Part shown: positions 52,651 to 61,848 of the stretch, piece after piece
Numbering within the stretch: the stretch's first letter is position 1
Layout: every line of letters begins with the position of its first letter
NCBI GenBank assembly: GCA_001782015.1
Contig: MFNJ01000048.1
Coordinates: 1 to 62,004, forward strand
Length of the DNA stretch: 62,004 bases
Direction: 5' to 3'
Source of the DNA: Candidatus Levybacteria bacterium RIFCSPHIGHO2_01_FULL_36_15
Lineage (GTDB): Bacteria > Patescibacteriota > Microgenomatia > Levybacterales > GWA1-39-11
The notes under the pieces: generated by a model
The model's database searches: none
What the model was told of the DNA's origin: nothing
What the model saw: only the letters and a program-made list of their open reading frames with translations
Program-made: the position numbers and the translations under genes

Positions 52651-53307
52651 TCAATATTCAACTTTATCCAAAGTGCTTTTTAGAACTCCTTTGGTTTCTT
52701 TTATAAAGAAGTCGATTCCGTCTGATTCAAGTTTTATATATGAACCGTTTTTTACGGAAGTCGGCTGAATTTGAGCATAAGTCCCATATCCTAAATGTAC
52801 CAGCAAAGCTCTCATTACTCCTCCATGCGTAACTACAAGCACAGTTTTGTTTTGATACGCAACGGCAGTTTCCCGCAAAAAAGTTATAAATCTTCCCATT
52901 ATTTCTTCGTCACTTTCCACCTCCGGAAACTTGTAGGATTTTTTTCTGTTATCAGGAAGCGCCTCAAATTCTTTCAGTAAGTCTTTAAGCTCATCAGCAA
53001 AAACGCTGTATTTTTTTCCTTCAAATTTTCCAAACGCCCTTTCTCTTAGAAGCTTGGTTGTTGTGACAGCAAGGTTTTTCTCCATAGTAATAATTTCCGC
53101 GGTTTTAACAGCCCTTATGGAATCGGAGGAAAATACCGCGTCAAAATGGATATTTTTCAGTTTTTCCCCCAAAAATTTAGCCTGATTTGCGCCTTTTTCA
53201 GTCAAAGTGGAATCAGAGTGTCCCTGCAGTAAACCTTCTACATTCCACTCCGTTTCCCCATGGCGCACGATATAAAAAGTACAGTACAACGCAGAAATAT
53301 TTTTCAT
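52651..53307 (-). CDS. Histidine phosphatase (phosphoglycerate mutase) family protein
   Basis: It has the RHG motif (IVRHGETEWN) and the second His (VTHGGVMRAL). Confidence 0.85.
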   Translation of the reverse strand: MKNISALYCTFYIVRHGETEWNVEGLLQGHSDSTLTEKGANQAKFLGEKLKNIHFDAVFSSDSIRAVKTAEIITMEKNLAVTTTKLLRERAFGKFEGKKYSVFADELKDLLKEFEALPDNRKKSYKFPEVESDEEIMGRFITFLRETAVAYQNKTVLVVTHGGVMRALLVHLGYGTYAQIQPTSVKNGSYIKLESDGIDFFIKETKGVLKSTLDKVEY

Positions 53308-53319
53308 ACAGTAATTATC

Positions 53320-53412
53320 TCAAATAATGTCGCATTTTCGTCCCAAAACAATACTGAATGTTTCACTATTTATAAGTACTCCGTCAGCATCAAAAATAAT
53401 GGCTTTAAGCAT
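53320..53412 (-). pseudogene. Remnant of a HAD-superfamily hydrolase (first 30 codons only)
   Basis: MLKAIIFDADGVLINSETFSIVLGRKCDII-stop carries HAD motif I (DxDGxL) and then terminates. No continuation was seen in any frame before the next gene. Confidence 0.4.
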
Positions 53413-53472
53413 AAAGAAATTATATCAGATTATCTTGAATTTGATTACAGTGTTTATCTACAGGAAAAGTAT

Positions 53473-53646
53473 TTATGCCAGATTTTCTGGGGGAACAACA
53501 GGAGTTTCCACGCTTACCCACACATCATCTTCCAGACACCAGTAAACCACTCTTCTATATTCCTTATAGTCTTTACCCATTCTCAGATTACTGGTAATAT
53601 CATTTCTTTGCATTTTCATTTCTTTATTACACAAAGGACACACCAT
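53473..53646 (-). CDS. Unannotated 57-aa protein with N-terminal CPLC knuckle
   Basis: The translation is MVCPLCNKEMKMQRNDITSNLRMGKDYKEYRRVVYWCLEDDVWVSVETPVVPPENLA. A TATAAT lies 7 nt upstream of the ATG, suggesting a leaderless transcript. It is co-directional with all neighbouring genes. Confidence 0.4.
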   Translation of the reverse strand: MVCPLCNKEMKMQRNDITSNLRMGKDYKEYRRVVYWCLEDDVWVSVETPVVPPENLA

Positions 53647-53720
53647 GAAAATATTATATCATTTGCTGAAAGCGCTAAAAAAGAGCAGAATCCAATATTC
53701 TAGATATCAAATAGCTTAAT

Positions 53721-54014
53721 CTATTTATGTTTGTACTGTTTTCTGGAGTTTTTAAGATCAATAGACCTTTTTTTATTGGAAGCTTTGAATGCGGCTTTCC
53801 TGTTTTCTTTATCCAATTCAAAAGCTTCTTTTTTCTTTTTCTGCGCCGCGAGTTCTTTTTCAACAATTTTCTGGCATTCCGGATCAGGGCAGACGGTCTG
53901 GGTATAAGTAATGACTGATGTCCCCATAAAATTAGTCACTTTCTCATTCCAGGTTTTTGCCTTTATTCTTTCCTTACCACAACGGTAACAGGGATTAGAA
54001 ATTTTAGTAGCCAT
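53721..54014 (-). CDS. Small zinc-ribbon protein with basic tail
   Basis: It has CYRCGK ... CPDPEC (4 Cys) and a Lys-rich C-terminus. It lies 10 nt downstream of the RRM gene. Confidence 0.6.
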   Translation of the reverse strand: MATKISNPCYRCGKERIKAKTWNEKVTNFMGTSVITYTQTVCPDPECQKIVEKELAAQKKKKEAFELDKENRKAAFKASNKKRSIDLKNSRKQYKHK

Positions 54015-54024
54015 ATTAAATCAC

Positions 54025-54369
54025 TTACCAACGTTTTGAGCGCTTATTGTCTCTGCCTTCTCTACGTGCGCCTCTATCGTTATTTCTATTTGAAGAAAAT
54101 CCTCCGCCTCCGGGTCTTGCTTCCTGCGGACGGGCTTCTCTTACGATTATTGTTCTGCTGTCAAGCATTGTATTATCCAGCTCTTTTATTGCCTTTTGCG
54201 CTTCTTCATCCGTGCTCATTTCTACAAATCCAAAACCTCTGCTTCTTCCAGAAAATTTATCAACAATTACTTTTGCGGATAGAACTTTACCAGCTTTAGA
54301 AAAATAGTCTCCAAGAGTAGAATCGGTTGAACTGTATGAAAGTCCTGCTACAAATAATTTATTTGCCAT
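54025..54369 (-). CDS. RRM-type RNA-binding protein with Arg/Gly-rich tail
   Basis: It has RNP-2 (LFVAGL) and RNP-1 (RGFGFVEM), plus a C-terminal RGG-like tail. A strong SD AAGGAGGA precedes it. Confidence 0.9.
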   Translation of the reverse strand: MANKLFVAGLSYSSTDSTLGDYFSKAGKVLSAKVIVDKFSGRSRGFGFVEMSTDEEAQKAIKELDNTMLDSRTIIVREARPQEARPGGGGFSSNRNNDRGARREGRDNKRSKRW

Positions 54370-54549
54370 CTATCTTTCCTCCTTTCTTTAATAATTTCTT
54401 GAGGAAATGCAACTGCTTAAATAAGAAGAGTACGAGTAGAAACAAAGATACAAGGTAGAAATACAATAATAGGATATCTTTATCTTTAGTTTACCAAAAC
54501 TTTATCAAAATTAAGCAGATATATTGCCTCAAAATCTGCAACAATACAC
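54370..54549 (-). promoter_or_regulatory. Conserved structured 5' leader (~174 nt) of RRM operon A
   Basis: It shares ordered blocks with 60937-61121: GCAGA..ATCTGCTTA..TTTGAT..TAAAGATAAAGATA..CTTGTATCTT..CTTCT..AAGCAG..TAAAGAAAGGAGGAAAGA. Confidence 0.6.
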
Positions 54550-54578
54550 ATTATAGCATAAAACTTAAAGATAGGCAA
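54550..54578 (-). promoter_or_regulatory. Promoter of RRM operon A (TTGCCT-17-TGcTATAAT)
   Basis: The hexamers were read on the minus strand, with an extended -10 TG present. Confidence 0.6.
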
Positions 54579-54813
54579 GAGAATCTTGGTACCCCAAATC
54601 TATCGCAACTTATTCAGTGATGATGTAGTTTTGTAAGACCAATAGTAAGATGCGGTAATAGAGGACAAGTTCTTTTTCAATTAGAACTGTTCCTGTCATA
54701 TATGAAAGACTTCAGCCTGAGCAATTTTTTGGCTAAAAATTGCTGGTTTGAAGAAGTATTAGTCCTATTAACGTAGAAACTTGACCATTATCACTTACTG
54801 AAGTTAAGGCGTA

Positions 54814-56031
54814 TTATTGATTATCCTGGCTGCATGGTTTAGATGGGGGAGTTTTACCGTGGGAACTATATATTCTAACAGTTGCCTCTTCAAGACAACC
54901 TTGCCTGAGTAAAATTTTATTAAACGTAATTGATATCCTTTTTGAAGGAGCATCAAAAGAGGCAGTAAAAAGATTAGACGCATTAGAAGCAACAATCCAG
55001 ACAAATAATATTAATACGAATAAATGAGTAAGCTTATATTTCTCCATTACATAGTTTGTTACTATTACGGCCTGAAAAAAGAAAAATGCGGCATACATAA
55101 TTACGTGAAAACTGGAACGGTTCAGAAGAATTACGGCAAACCATGCCGGGATACTGAAAAGCTGAAGATATAAAAACTTTCTGATTCTAAACGACAGCAG
55201 AAATGTTCCTATTAGCCACAGAGCAAAAGGCAGACTGGTATACTCAACAAGTGCCCAAAAAAAAGTAAGTGCATCTTTTGAGACACCTTCACTGACCCGC
55301 GAAAAGTAAAAAAATAAACCCCTGTTTAAATAATGCTGCTGAAAGCCAAACTTATACGTAAGAAATGGCAAAGCCATCCAGGCCAAAAAATATACGCTAA
55401 GAAAAAAAAATATTGCGATACTTAGGAAACGTATTTTTTTGTTTTTTAGCACGCGGTTTTTAATAAAAACGCAAATTATTCCAGGCAGAGCCACAGCCGC
55501 ATCAAGCATAGTCAATATTGCCGCTACCCAGACAACAAGAGCGTAAAAAAGATTTCGGACATTAAAGTTTTTCATATTTTGCCAAAGAAAATATGCTGTA
55601 AACAAAAACAAAAAGCGCATCTGAGAATCCGCTCCGCCATTGCGGTCATTAATAAGAAGCGCGGATAAAGAAAACGAAAGCATTGAGATAATAACAAGAC
55701 GTGAGTCAATTTTTTCTCTGTTAAATATCCATACAAGTAGCCAGAAGGTTAGGAAGCTGAAAATAATACCTGGAAGCCTCAACAAAACCGGATCAGGACC
55801 GAAAAAATGAAGCAGTGTACCGGAAAATACCGCCCTGAAAGGTTCTATATAAAATAAAAAGGGGTACGCTAATAAACGCAAGTCTTTGAGCTTAATTGCG
55901 TCCCACATGCGGTCAATAGAAAGCATGGCGGAAGCCTCATCTCCTATAAATACCTGGTTTGAAAGCCCGTAAAAGTGAAGAAAAACAAAAACAATAAAAA
56001 TTAAAACCAGACAAACATTCCGCCACTTCAT
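54814..56031 (-). CDS. GT-C (ArnT/PMT-like) membrane glycosyltransferase
   Basis: The 405-aa polytopic protein has the first-loop motif FIGDEASAM. Confidence 0.6.
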   Translation of the reverse strand: MKWRNVCLVLIFIVFVFLHFYGLSNQVFIGDEASAMLSIDRMWDAIKLKDLRLLAYPFLFYIEPFRAVFSGTLLHFFGPDPVLLRLPGIIFSFLTFWLLVWIFNREKIDSRLVIISMLSFSLSALLINDRNGGADSQMRFLFLFTAYFLWQNMKNFNVRNLFYALVVWVAAILTMLDAAVALPGIICVFIKNRVLKNKKIRFLSIAIFFFLSVYFLAWMALPFLTYKFGFQQHYLNRGLFFYFSRVSEGVSKDALTFFWALVEYTSLPFALWLIGTFLLSFRIRKFLYLQLFSIPAWFAVILLNRSSFHVIMYAAFFFFQAVIVTNYVMEKYKLTHLFVLILFVWIVASNASNLFTASFDAPSKRISITFNKILLRQGCLEEATVRIYSSHGKTPPSKPCSQDNQ

Positions 56032-56217
56032 AATAGTTGTAGTATATCCATAATTATTGCAAAAGTCTAAGTTACTTTTTTAAAAATGATGTATACCCTT
56101 CTTACTTGATTTTGCAACTTTTTCGAAATAAAATGTTGCTAAATCAGTCTAGAAGGAGTTATACCCGTAGCATTTTTAAATGCGAGTGGTATAAAATATA
56201 TTACTGTTTAAAAAATT

Positions 56218-56871
56218 ATGAAAAAAATATTTTTGTTTCTCATATCTCTTGTTGCCGGAATTATATTTATAGCAATTTATGCTAAACTAGCTGATCAAAA
56301 AAGCAGCCAAAATATAATATCTCCTGCGTCTGATACCAGTAGGTTTTCTTTGGAAAGCGCTCCCGGCAGGTCTTTGCGCGGAAAGATTTTATCTTTTTCC
56401 GGCAGCGTGGACTGGCAATCAAGAAGCGCAACCATGCCTGCAACGCTTGCTAAAGTCATCCCTATCCAGCAGGGCGAAAAAATAATTACAAAAAATGGAA
56501 AAATCAAAATACAGTTTGAACATGAATTAACATTAAATATTCTGCCTGATACGCAGGTAGAATTTATTCAAACACTCCCGGAAAATATTGTTATAGCCCA
56601 GAGTAAGGGAACGGCTGACTATTCAAAAACCGGTACGGCTTCTGTTTCCGTTCGGACTATCCATCTTCTGACAGAAGTTAACGGAAACGCTGTTGTTTCC
56701 CTGGACAAGAACACACCAGTCGTTACTGTTGACGTTTACAAAGGTTTGGTAAAAGAAGCCTTTAACGACTTAGAGTACGCAAGCACAGTAATAACAATCA
56801 GTGAAGGAAAACAATTTATTTTTAACGATGAAACCCGAGAAAGTACAATTAAACTCAGTATTAATAAGTAA
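56218..56871 (+). CDS. Membrane-anchored FecR-domain-like protein
   Basis: It has an N-terminal TM helix and a beta-rich domain with the FecR-like pattern (GSVDWQS...IQQGEKIITKNGKIKIQF...LNILPDTQVEF). Confidence 0.45.
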   Translation: MKKIFLFLISLVAGIIFIAIYAKLADQKSSQNIISPASDTSRFSLESAPGRSLRGKILSFSGSVDWQSRSATMPATLAKVIPIQQGEKIITKNGKIKIQFEHELTLNILPDTQVEFIQTLPENIVIAQSKGTADYSKTGTASVSVRTIHLLTEVNGNAVVSLDKNTPVVTVDVYKGLVKEAFNDLEYASTVITISEGKQFIFNDETRESTIKLSINK

Positions 56872-56875
56872 AACA

Positions 56876-58048
56876 CTACTTGTTGTAATCCGCGATCCCT
56901 TCAAGTATTGTTGCGCCCTCATATCCCAGCGCCCACAGAGCTATTCCGCCTATATGATTATTTTCCGCAAAACTTATTTTCGCAAGAGAAGATTTTTTGT
57001 CAGGATAAAAAATTTGATGGTATGTATTTGTCTTTTCATCCTTATAAACAATGTATGTCTCCTGCGCCTCTTCATCAAATCCGCCGCTGCAAGTGGCACA
57101 TGAAGCAAGCAACTGTTCTACTCTTAAATTGCTTGCTATCAAACCCGTACCCGGAATAATGCCTGAACGGGGAGAGTTGTTAATTGATTCCCATTCATAA
57201 CCATACAACGGCATGCCTAAAATTATTTTCTCTTTAGGCATTATTCTTTGCGCTTTTTCAATCGCCGTTTGAATATCAAATTCCGCTGTGCTTCCGGCAC
57301 CGTACAAGGGGGCAACCGGCCCGGTAACATAAGATCCTGTATAGTGATAGTCATAACCCATCAGTAACATACGGTCAACAAAACCCGCTACTTCTTTGGG
57401 GTTGACAAGATTTTTCTTCACAAAATCTATTGGGCTTATATCTATTGTAAGTGTTCCGGCCTGTTGTGACTGCAAACCCTTTTTTACTTCTTTTACAAAA
57501 AGAACAAACCTCGTTCTTGCCTCATCCGATGCTTCGCTTGTGCTCTCAATGTCAAGATTAAGATCGGTAAATCCGTATTCTTTCATAATCGGAACTGTTT
57601 CCCTGATTAAATTTTGTGCGTGAGGTAGGGGATTACTGATTAAATTATTGATCGACTCCTGATTACCGTTAAAAACAACAAGAGAAAGTTCTACATTTTT
57701 TTCTTTGGAACTTTTGAAAAATTTGTCCAGTTTGCCTGATCTTAACGCATACCATCCGGGTTCTTCTTCAATAGGGCTTGTAAGCTTAAGGATTTTACCG
57801 TCATCATCAAGCGTAAGGCTGAAATAGGAAAGCATAGTGATATATTTTGAATAGTCGGTTTTTGCTTTGCTGGCAAGCCAGTAAGGTAAAAAGCCAATGA
57901 CCTGTTTGCGGGGACGTTCAAAATTTTCAAGAAGAGAAAAGGGTTTTTCATTCCGCAGAGAGAAAAGCGGAGTATAAAAGATAATAAAGTATCCGATCAG
58001 GATTCCTGTTATAATCCCTCCTGTTAGAATAACAGATTTTAAAAACAT
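56876..58048 (-). CDS. Glycoside hydrolase family 18-like protein (YaaH/chitinase-like), membrane anchored
   Basis: It has an N-terminal TM helix and the GH18-like catalytic strand GFTDLNLDIE (compare DxxDxDxE), plus GIALWALGYE near the C-terminus. Confidence 0.65.
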   Translation of the reverse strand: MFLKSVILTGGIITGILIGYFIIFYTPLFSLRNEKPFSLLENFERPRKQVIGFLPYWLASKAKTDYSKYITMLSYFSLTLDDDGKILKLTSPIEEEPGWYALRSGKLDKFFKSSKEKNVELSLVVFNGNQESINNLISNPLPHAQNLIRETVPIMKEYGFTDLNLDIESTSEASDEARTRFVLFVKEVKKGLQSQQAGTLTIDISPIDFVKKNLVNPKEVAGFVDRMLLMGYDYHYTGSYVTGPVAPLYGAGSTAEFDIQTAIEKAQRIMPKEKIILGMPLYGYEWESINNSPRSGIIPGTGLIASNLRVEQLLASCATCSGGFDEEAQETYIVYKDEKTNTYHQIFYPDKKSSLAKISFAENNHIGGIALWALGYEGATILEGIADYNK

Positions 58049-58166
58049 ACCTTATTTTACCATGAAATCATCTATACCCTAAATTTAATCGGAGCCAAAG
58101 GTATAAATCCTGTAGTATTTAACGGGAGATTATTGAGTACAGAAAAAACCTTCCTGATTTTGGAAT

Positions 58167-59318
58167 TTAAACTTTTATTTTCCTGATCAAAAAGATAGAA
58201 AAAATACCCGTTATTCCGCAAATAACAAATCCTGCGGCCAGCCCAAATGCCTGAGAAAGTATTCCGATAAAAATCGGGCCAATCATGTCCCCGAATTCCT
58301 TAAAAGATCCGGCAGCCCCCATTGTGGCCCCAAGTTTCCCTTCTTCCGCAAGCTTACTGACCAACATATCCGTATTTGTCCAGACAATACCTACCCCAAT
58401 TCCGGAAATAATGGCAATTAAAACTAAAGGCACGTCTTTTACAAAAGGTGTAAGAATAATACTAACAGCAGATAAAACAAGGCCAATTCTAATTGTAGAT
58501 ACAACATTTATTCTATCCGCAAAAAAACCTGCCACAGGCTGTATAAGAAGATATGACAGCGCCACAAGCGAAAGCAGTATTCCCGTTTCAAGCGCCCCAT
58601 AATTTAACGCGTAAACTCTTACCGGCAAAAACCCAAAAAGAATACTTACAAAAAACATATTCACTATGATAACCGCGTACCATCTCAAAAGTTTTGGGTT
58701 ATGAAACACCGACACAAATGATTTTAAAGAAAAATCATCATCTAACTTTGTTCTTTCTTTCTGCTTATCAGAGGGCAAAAATAAAGACAAAATAAAAGCA
58801 GCAATTCCTACTACGGAAGCAACAATAAATATATAAGAAAAATTACTTTTTAAAATAATCAATCCTCCTATAACAGGGCTTAAAACGTATCCCGCTCCTT
58901 TTATGGCATTATAAATTCCATACGCTCTTCCTCTTTCTGCCCGGTAGTATGTTCCAATTAAGGCAAGAGAGACCGCTGATAGTGCTGCGGCACCAATCCC
59001 CTGAAGAAATCGGACAACAAGCATCAGTTGCGGCGGAACAATCAAATATATTAAAGATGCTAAAATAAATATTCCAATTCCCAAAAGCATTGTACGCTTC
59101 ATTCCCTGGCGGTCAGAAACTGCGCCAAAAACAGGTTTTGCTATAATCTCGGCAAAGTCATAAACCGCAATCAAAAATCCAATCATTGCCAGACCAACGC
59201 CTACCTGCTTAGCATATACGGGCAAATTTACCGCAACAATATGAGAGCCAAAAGAAGTTACAAATCCAACAAAACCTAAGATAAAAGCAAATATAAGCGA
59301 AACAGATTTTCCGGACAT
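58167..59318 (-). CDS. MFS transporter
   Basis: It has 12 TM helices and the loop 2-3 motif GAVSDRQGMKRT (compare GxxxDRxGRR). Confidence 0.85.
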   Translation of the reverse strand: MSGKSVSLIFAFILGFVGFVTSFGSHIVAVNLPVYAKQVGVGLAMIGFLIAVYDFAEIIAKPVFGAVSDRQGMKRTMLLGIGIFILASLIYLIVPPQLMLVVRFLQGIGAAALSAVSLALIGTYYRAERGRAYGIYNAIKGAGYVLSPVIGGLIILKSNFSYIFIVASVVGIAAFILSLFLPSDKQKERTKLDDDFSLKSFVSVFHNPKLLRWYAVIIVNMFFVSILFGFLPVRVYALNYGALETGILLSLVALSYLLIQPVAGFFADRINVVSTIRIGLVLSAVSIILTPFVKDVPLVLIAIISGIGVGIVWTNTDMLVSKLAEEGKLGATMGAAGSFKEFGDMIGPIFIGILSQAFGLAAGFVICGITGIFSIFLIRKIKV

Positions 59319-59471
59319 AACTGGATTATAACAAACATAAAGTTAGAACAGTAGAATGATTAAGCTCAGTTTATGAATTCTGTTTGGGTAAAAGACACAA
59401 CATCTCTTATTAAAGTATTGTTTTTAGAAATTAAAGTACTTGGACTGACAAGTCAATCCACATATTCATGT

Positions 59472-60674
59472 CTATTCCACAAAAGTTAAAGCAACACCTC
59501 GTTTGCCCGCGCGTCCTGTTCTTCCTATTCTATGAACGTAGTCATCGTAGGACTCAGGAGCATCATAATTAATCACGTGGGTTACGTTTTCAATATCCAG
59601 TCCGCGTGAAGCAACGTCTGTTGCTATTAAGATTTGTAATCGGTCATTCTTAAATTCCTGCAGTACGCGTTGACGCTGATTCTGTGATTTATTACCATGA
59701 ATTGCGGCTGTCCTAAAACCGCGCTCAACAAGAATCTTTGACAGTTTTTCCATTCCCCACTTTGTTCTGCCAAAAATTAAAACCTTATCAAATCCCGGCT
59801 GGATTAATAAATCATGCAGTACGTCTATTTTTGGCCGGTTGCCCGTTAGCCTTACAATATCCTGGTCTATATTTTCCGCGGTATCCTGCTGCTTTACTGA
59901 AACTGTTACCGGATTTGTCACAAAGCTTTGTAAAATCTCCCGTGTCTTTCCATCAACAGTCGCAGAAAAAAATAATGATTGGCGGATTTTAGGGAGAAGC
60001 GAAATGAGATATTTGATGTCTTTTATAAATCCTATATCAACCATTCTGTCCACTTCATCAAGAACTACATTTTGAAAAAGCGATAAATTCAATTCCCTTC
60101 TTTCTATTAAATCTTTTAATCTGCCCGGAGTGCCTATAACAAAATGCGGCCTGTGCCTGAGCCCATATGTTTGACTTCTAATGCTCACCCCTCCAATGGT
60201 GGTAACTACCTCAAGACCCATTCCTTTTGCGAAAATTTGAAATTCCTCCCCAATTTGAACAGCAAGTTCACGAGTAGGAACAACAATTAAAACCCTTTGA
60301 CTGCGGTCAAGATATGCTTTATTAATAAGTGAAATAAGAAACGCCGCAGTTTTACCTGTTCCCGTATTGGCAATACCAATAATATCGCGCCCGGCAAGTA
60401 TTTGGGGAATTGCTTTTTCCTGTATAGCGGTTGGAATAGAGTAGCCGTGGTCTATAATGTTGCGTTTCAGCGTGTCTACAATTGCGTATTCAGCAAACTG
60501 CACGCTTGACACATATTCAGTTTGTATATTTGCTTCTTTTGCTTTCCTGATGAAAAGATTAGGATCAAGCTTTTTCACGTGCTTTCTTATTCCACGTTGG
60601 AAATTTGCTCTTGGAGCATAAAAATTATTACCGTTTCTGCCACGGTTATGATTTCTGTATCTAGACCTATACAT
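59472..60674 (-). CDS. DEAD-box RNA helicase (motif II = DEVD) with Arg-rich N-terminus
   Basis: It has the Q motif (PTAIQEKAIP), motif I ANTGTGKTAAF, PTRELA, TPGR, DEVD, SAT, ATDVASRGLD and HRIGRTGRAG. Confidence 0.9.
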   Translation of the reverse strand: MYRSRYRNHNRGRNGNNFYAPRANFQRGIRKHVKKLDPNLFIRKAKEANIQTEYVSSVQFAEYAIVDTLKRNIIDHGYSIPTAIQEKAIPQILAGRDIIGIANTGTGKTAAFLISLINKAYLDRSQRVLIVVPTRELAVQIGEEFQIFAKGMGLEVVTTIGGVSIRSQTYGLRHRPHFVIGTPGRLKDLIERRELNLSLFQNVVLDEVDRMVDIGFIKDIKYLISLLPKIRQSLFFSATVDGKTREILQSFVTNPVTVSVKQQDTAENIDQDIVRLTGNRPKIDVLHDLLIQPGFDKVLIFGRTKWGMEKLSKILVERGFRTAAIHGNKSQNQRQRVLQEFKNDRLQILIATDVASRGLDIENVTHVINYDAPESYDDYVHRIGRTGRAGKRGVALTFVE

Positions 60675-60678
60675 ATCT

Positions 60679-60936
60679 TTATCTTTTTTCTTGTGGTTTG
60701 GCTTCTTTTACGGCAATTGGGCGGCCATTAAGTTCTGAACCATTAAGCTTGTCCATAGCTGTTTTTGCTTCTTCTTCCGTACCCATTTCAACAAACCCAA
60801 AACCCTTGCCCTGGCCTGTATTTCTATCAACAATTACTTTTGCAGATAAAACTTTTCCGATTTTTGAAAAATGTTCTTCCAGTTGTGAATCAGTAGTTGA
60901 ATAGTCAAGACTTCCTATAAATAATTTATTTGTCAT
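60679..60936 (-). CDS. RRM-type RNA-binding protein (short form)
   Basis: It has RNP-2 (LFIGSL) and RNP-1 (KGFGFVEM). It lies 4 nt upstream of the helicase gene. Confidence 0.9.
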   Translation of the reverse strand: MTNKLFIGSLDYSTTDSQLEEHFSKIGKVLSAKVIVDRNTGQGKGFGFVEMGTEEEAKTAMDKLNGSELNGRPIAVKEAKPQEKR

Positions 60937-61121
60937 TTCTTTCCTCCTTTCTTTAAATGTTGCGTGTATTACGCTGATATGTCTGCTTAGAAGATGAAAT
61001 TATTTTCTATTAGGAAGAAGATACAAGTGGAAAAAAATCAAATTAAAGTATCTTTTATCTTTACTAAAAAATTCAATCAAATATAAGCAGATGTACCAAC
61101 GTACTGTCTGCACCATAAAAC
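60937..61121 (-). promoter_or_regulatory. Conserved structured 5' leader (~179 nt) of RRM operon B
   Basis: It has the same ordered blocks and the same predicted helices as 54370-54549. Confidence 0.6.
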
Positions 61122-61150
61122 ATCATAGCATAATAATATAAATATGTCAA
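61122..61150 (-). promoter_or_regulatory. Promoter of RRM operon B (TTGACA-17-TGcTATGAT)
   Basis: The hexamers were read on the minus strand, with an extended -10 TG present. Confidence 0.6.
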
Positions 61151-61240
61151 TAATGCTATAGGACGTTTTTCTGAATCTTCCGGCATGTGTTTGGAGTTTT
61201 TCAAAGACAAATTTCTCTCACAAGCAGTTTTATGATGAAT

Positions 61241-61273
61241 AAAAAAACAACCCACCGATTTCTCGATGGGTTG
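61241..61273 (-). terminator. Rho-independent terminator of 61366-61848
   Basis: The stem CAACCCA/TGGGTTG is followed on the minus strand by TTTTTTT. Confidence 0.6.
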
Positions 61274-61365
61274 CCTTAAAATCTTTGGTAAACAATCTTA
61301 AATTGTATTGTACTCAAAGAAATATTCTGAAAGGTTCCAAGTGTTGAACACACCTTCCGTCATAA

Positions 61366-61848
61366 TTACGGAATCAAGTTGTGCTCGAACAGATAAGAAC
61401 CTGGATTCCAAGCATTCAGATTCGCTCCAGTAACATCACTCGACTTAACGAGCCAAATCTTGTATTTGCCCAGAGTTTCTCCACCCGATCCGATGTCAAC
61501 TGTACCCGCTATGTGAACATTCCCAGCGGCATCTGCCACGTCACTGCCAATCACAGTTACACTTGGCCAGCCGTTGTATTCAACCAGGGTATAATCCGTG
61601 CCAGGGACAAGTCCGTGCCCGTTGAAGGGGCCTGAGATTGTGGTGCCAGAGAGACTGTAATTGTACTTCCCCCAAGCTTCATCCCAAACGATATTCCAAC
61701 TTGCATCTTTCTGATACAGGTATAAGTTGTTCGGATTATCGTTGGCTGGACTGTCCTTTCCGCCCGGCGCAGCCAATGCTGGAATTGCTATGCTTCCAAG
61801 CACTACTGCGCTTGCTGCTGCTCCTACTAAAAATTTCTTAATATTCAT
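61366..61848 (-). CDS. Secreted hypothetical protein
   Basis: It has a signal peptide (…AIPALAAP), a strong SD GGGAGGTGA and a beta-rich mature part. The family was not recognised. Confidence 0.6.
   Translation of the reverse strand: MNIKKFLVGAAASAVVLGSIAIPALAAPGGKDSPANDNPNNLYLYQKDASWNIVWDEAWGKYNYSLSGTTISGPFNGHGLVPGTDYTLVEYNGWPSVTVIGSDVADAAGNVHIAGTVDIGSGGETLGKYKIWLVKSSDVTGANLNAWNPGSYLFEHNLIP

Noticed and set aside
53260-53703. 147-aa plus-strand ORF, and the nested 53327-53545 ORF
   Set aside because: It has an odd composition with no motif and runs antisense to all neighbouring genes. It overlaps two more plausible minus-strand reading frames, the HAD N-terminus and the 57-aa CPLC protein, so it was treated as a shadow ORF.
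61073-61255. 60-aa minus-strand ORF upstream of RRM gene B
   Set aside because: It spans a rho-independent terminator (61241-61273) and the promoter and leader of the RRM operon, so it is very unlikely to be translated.
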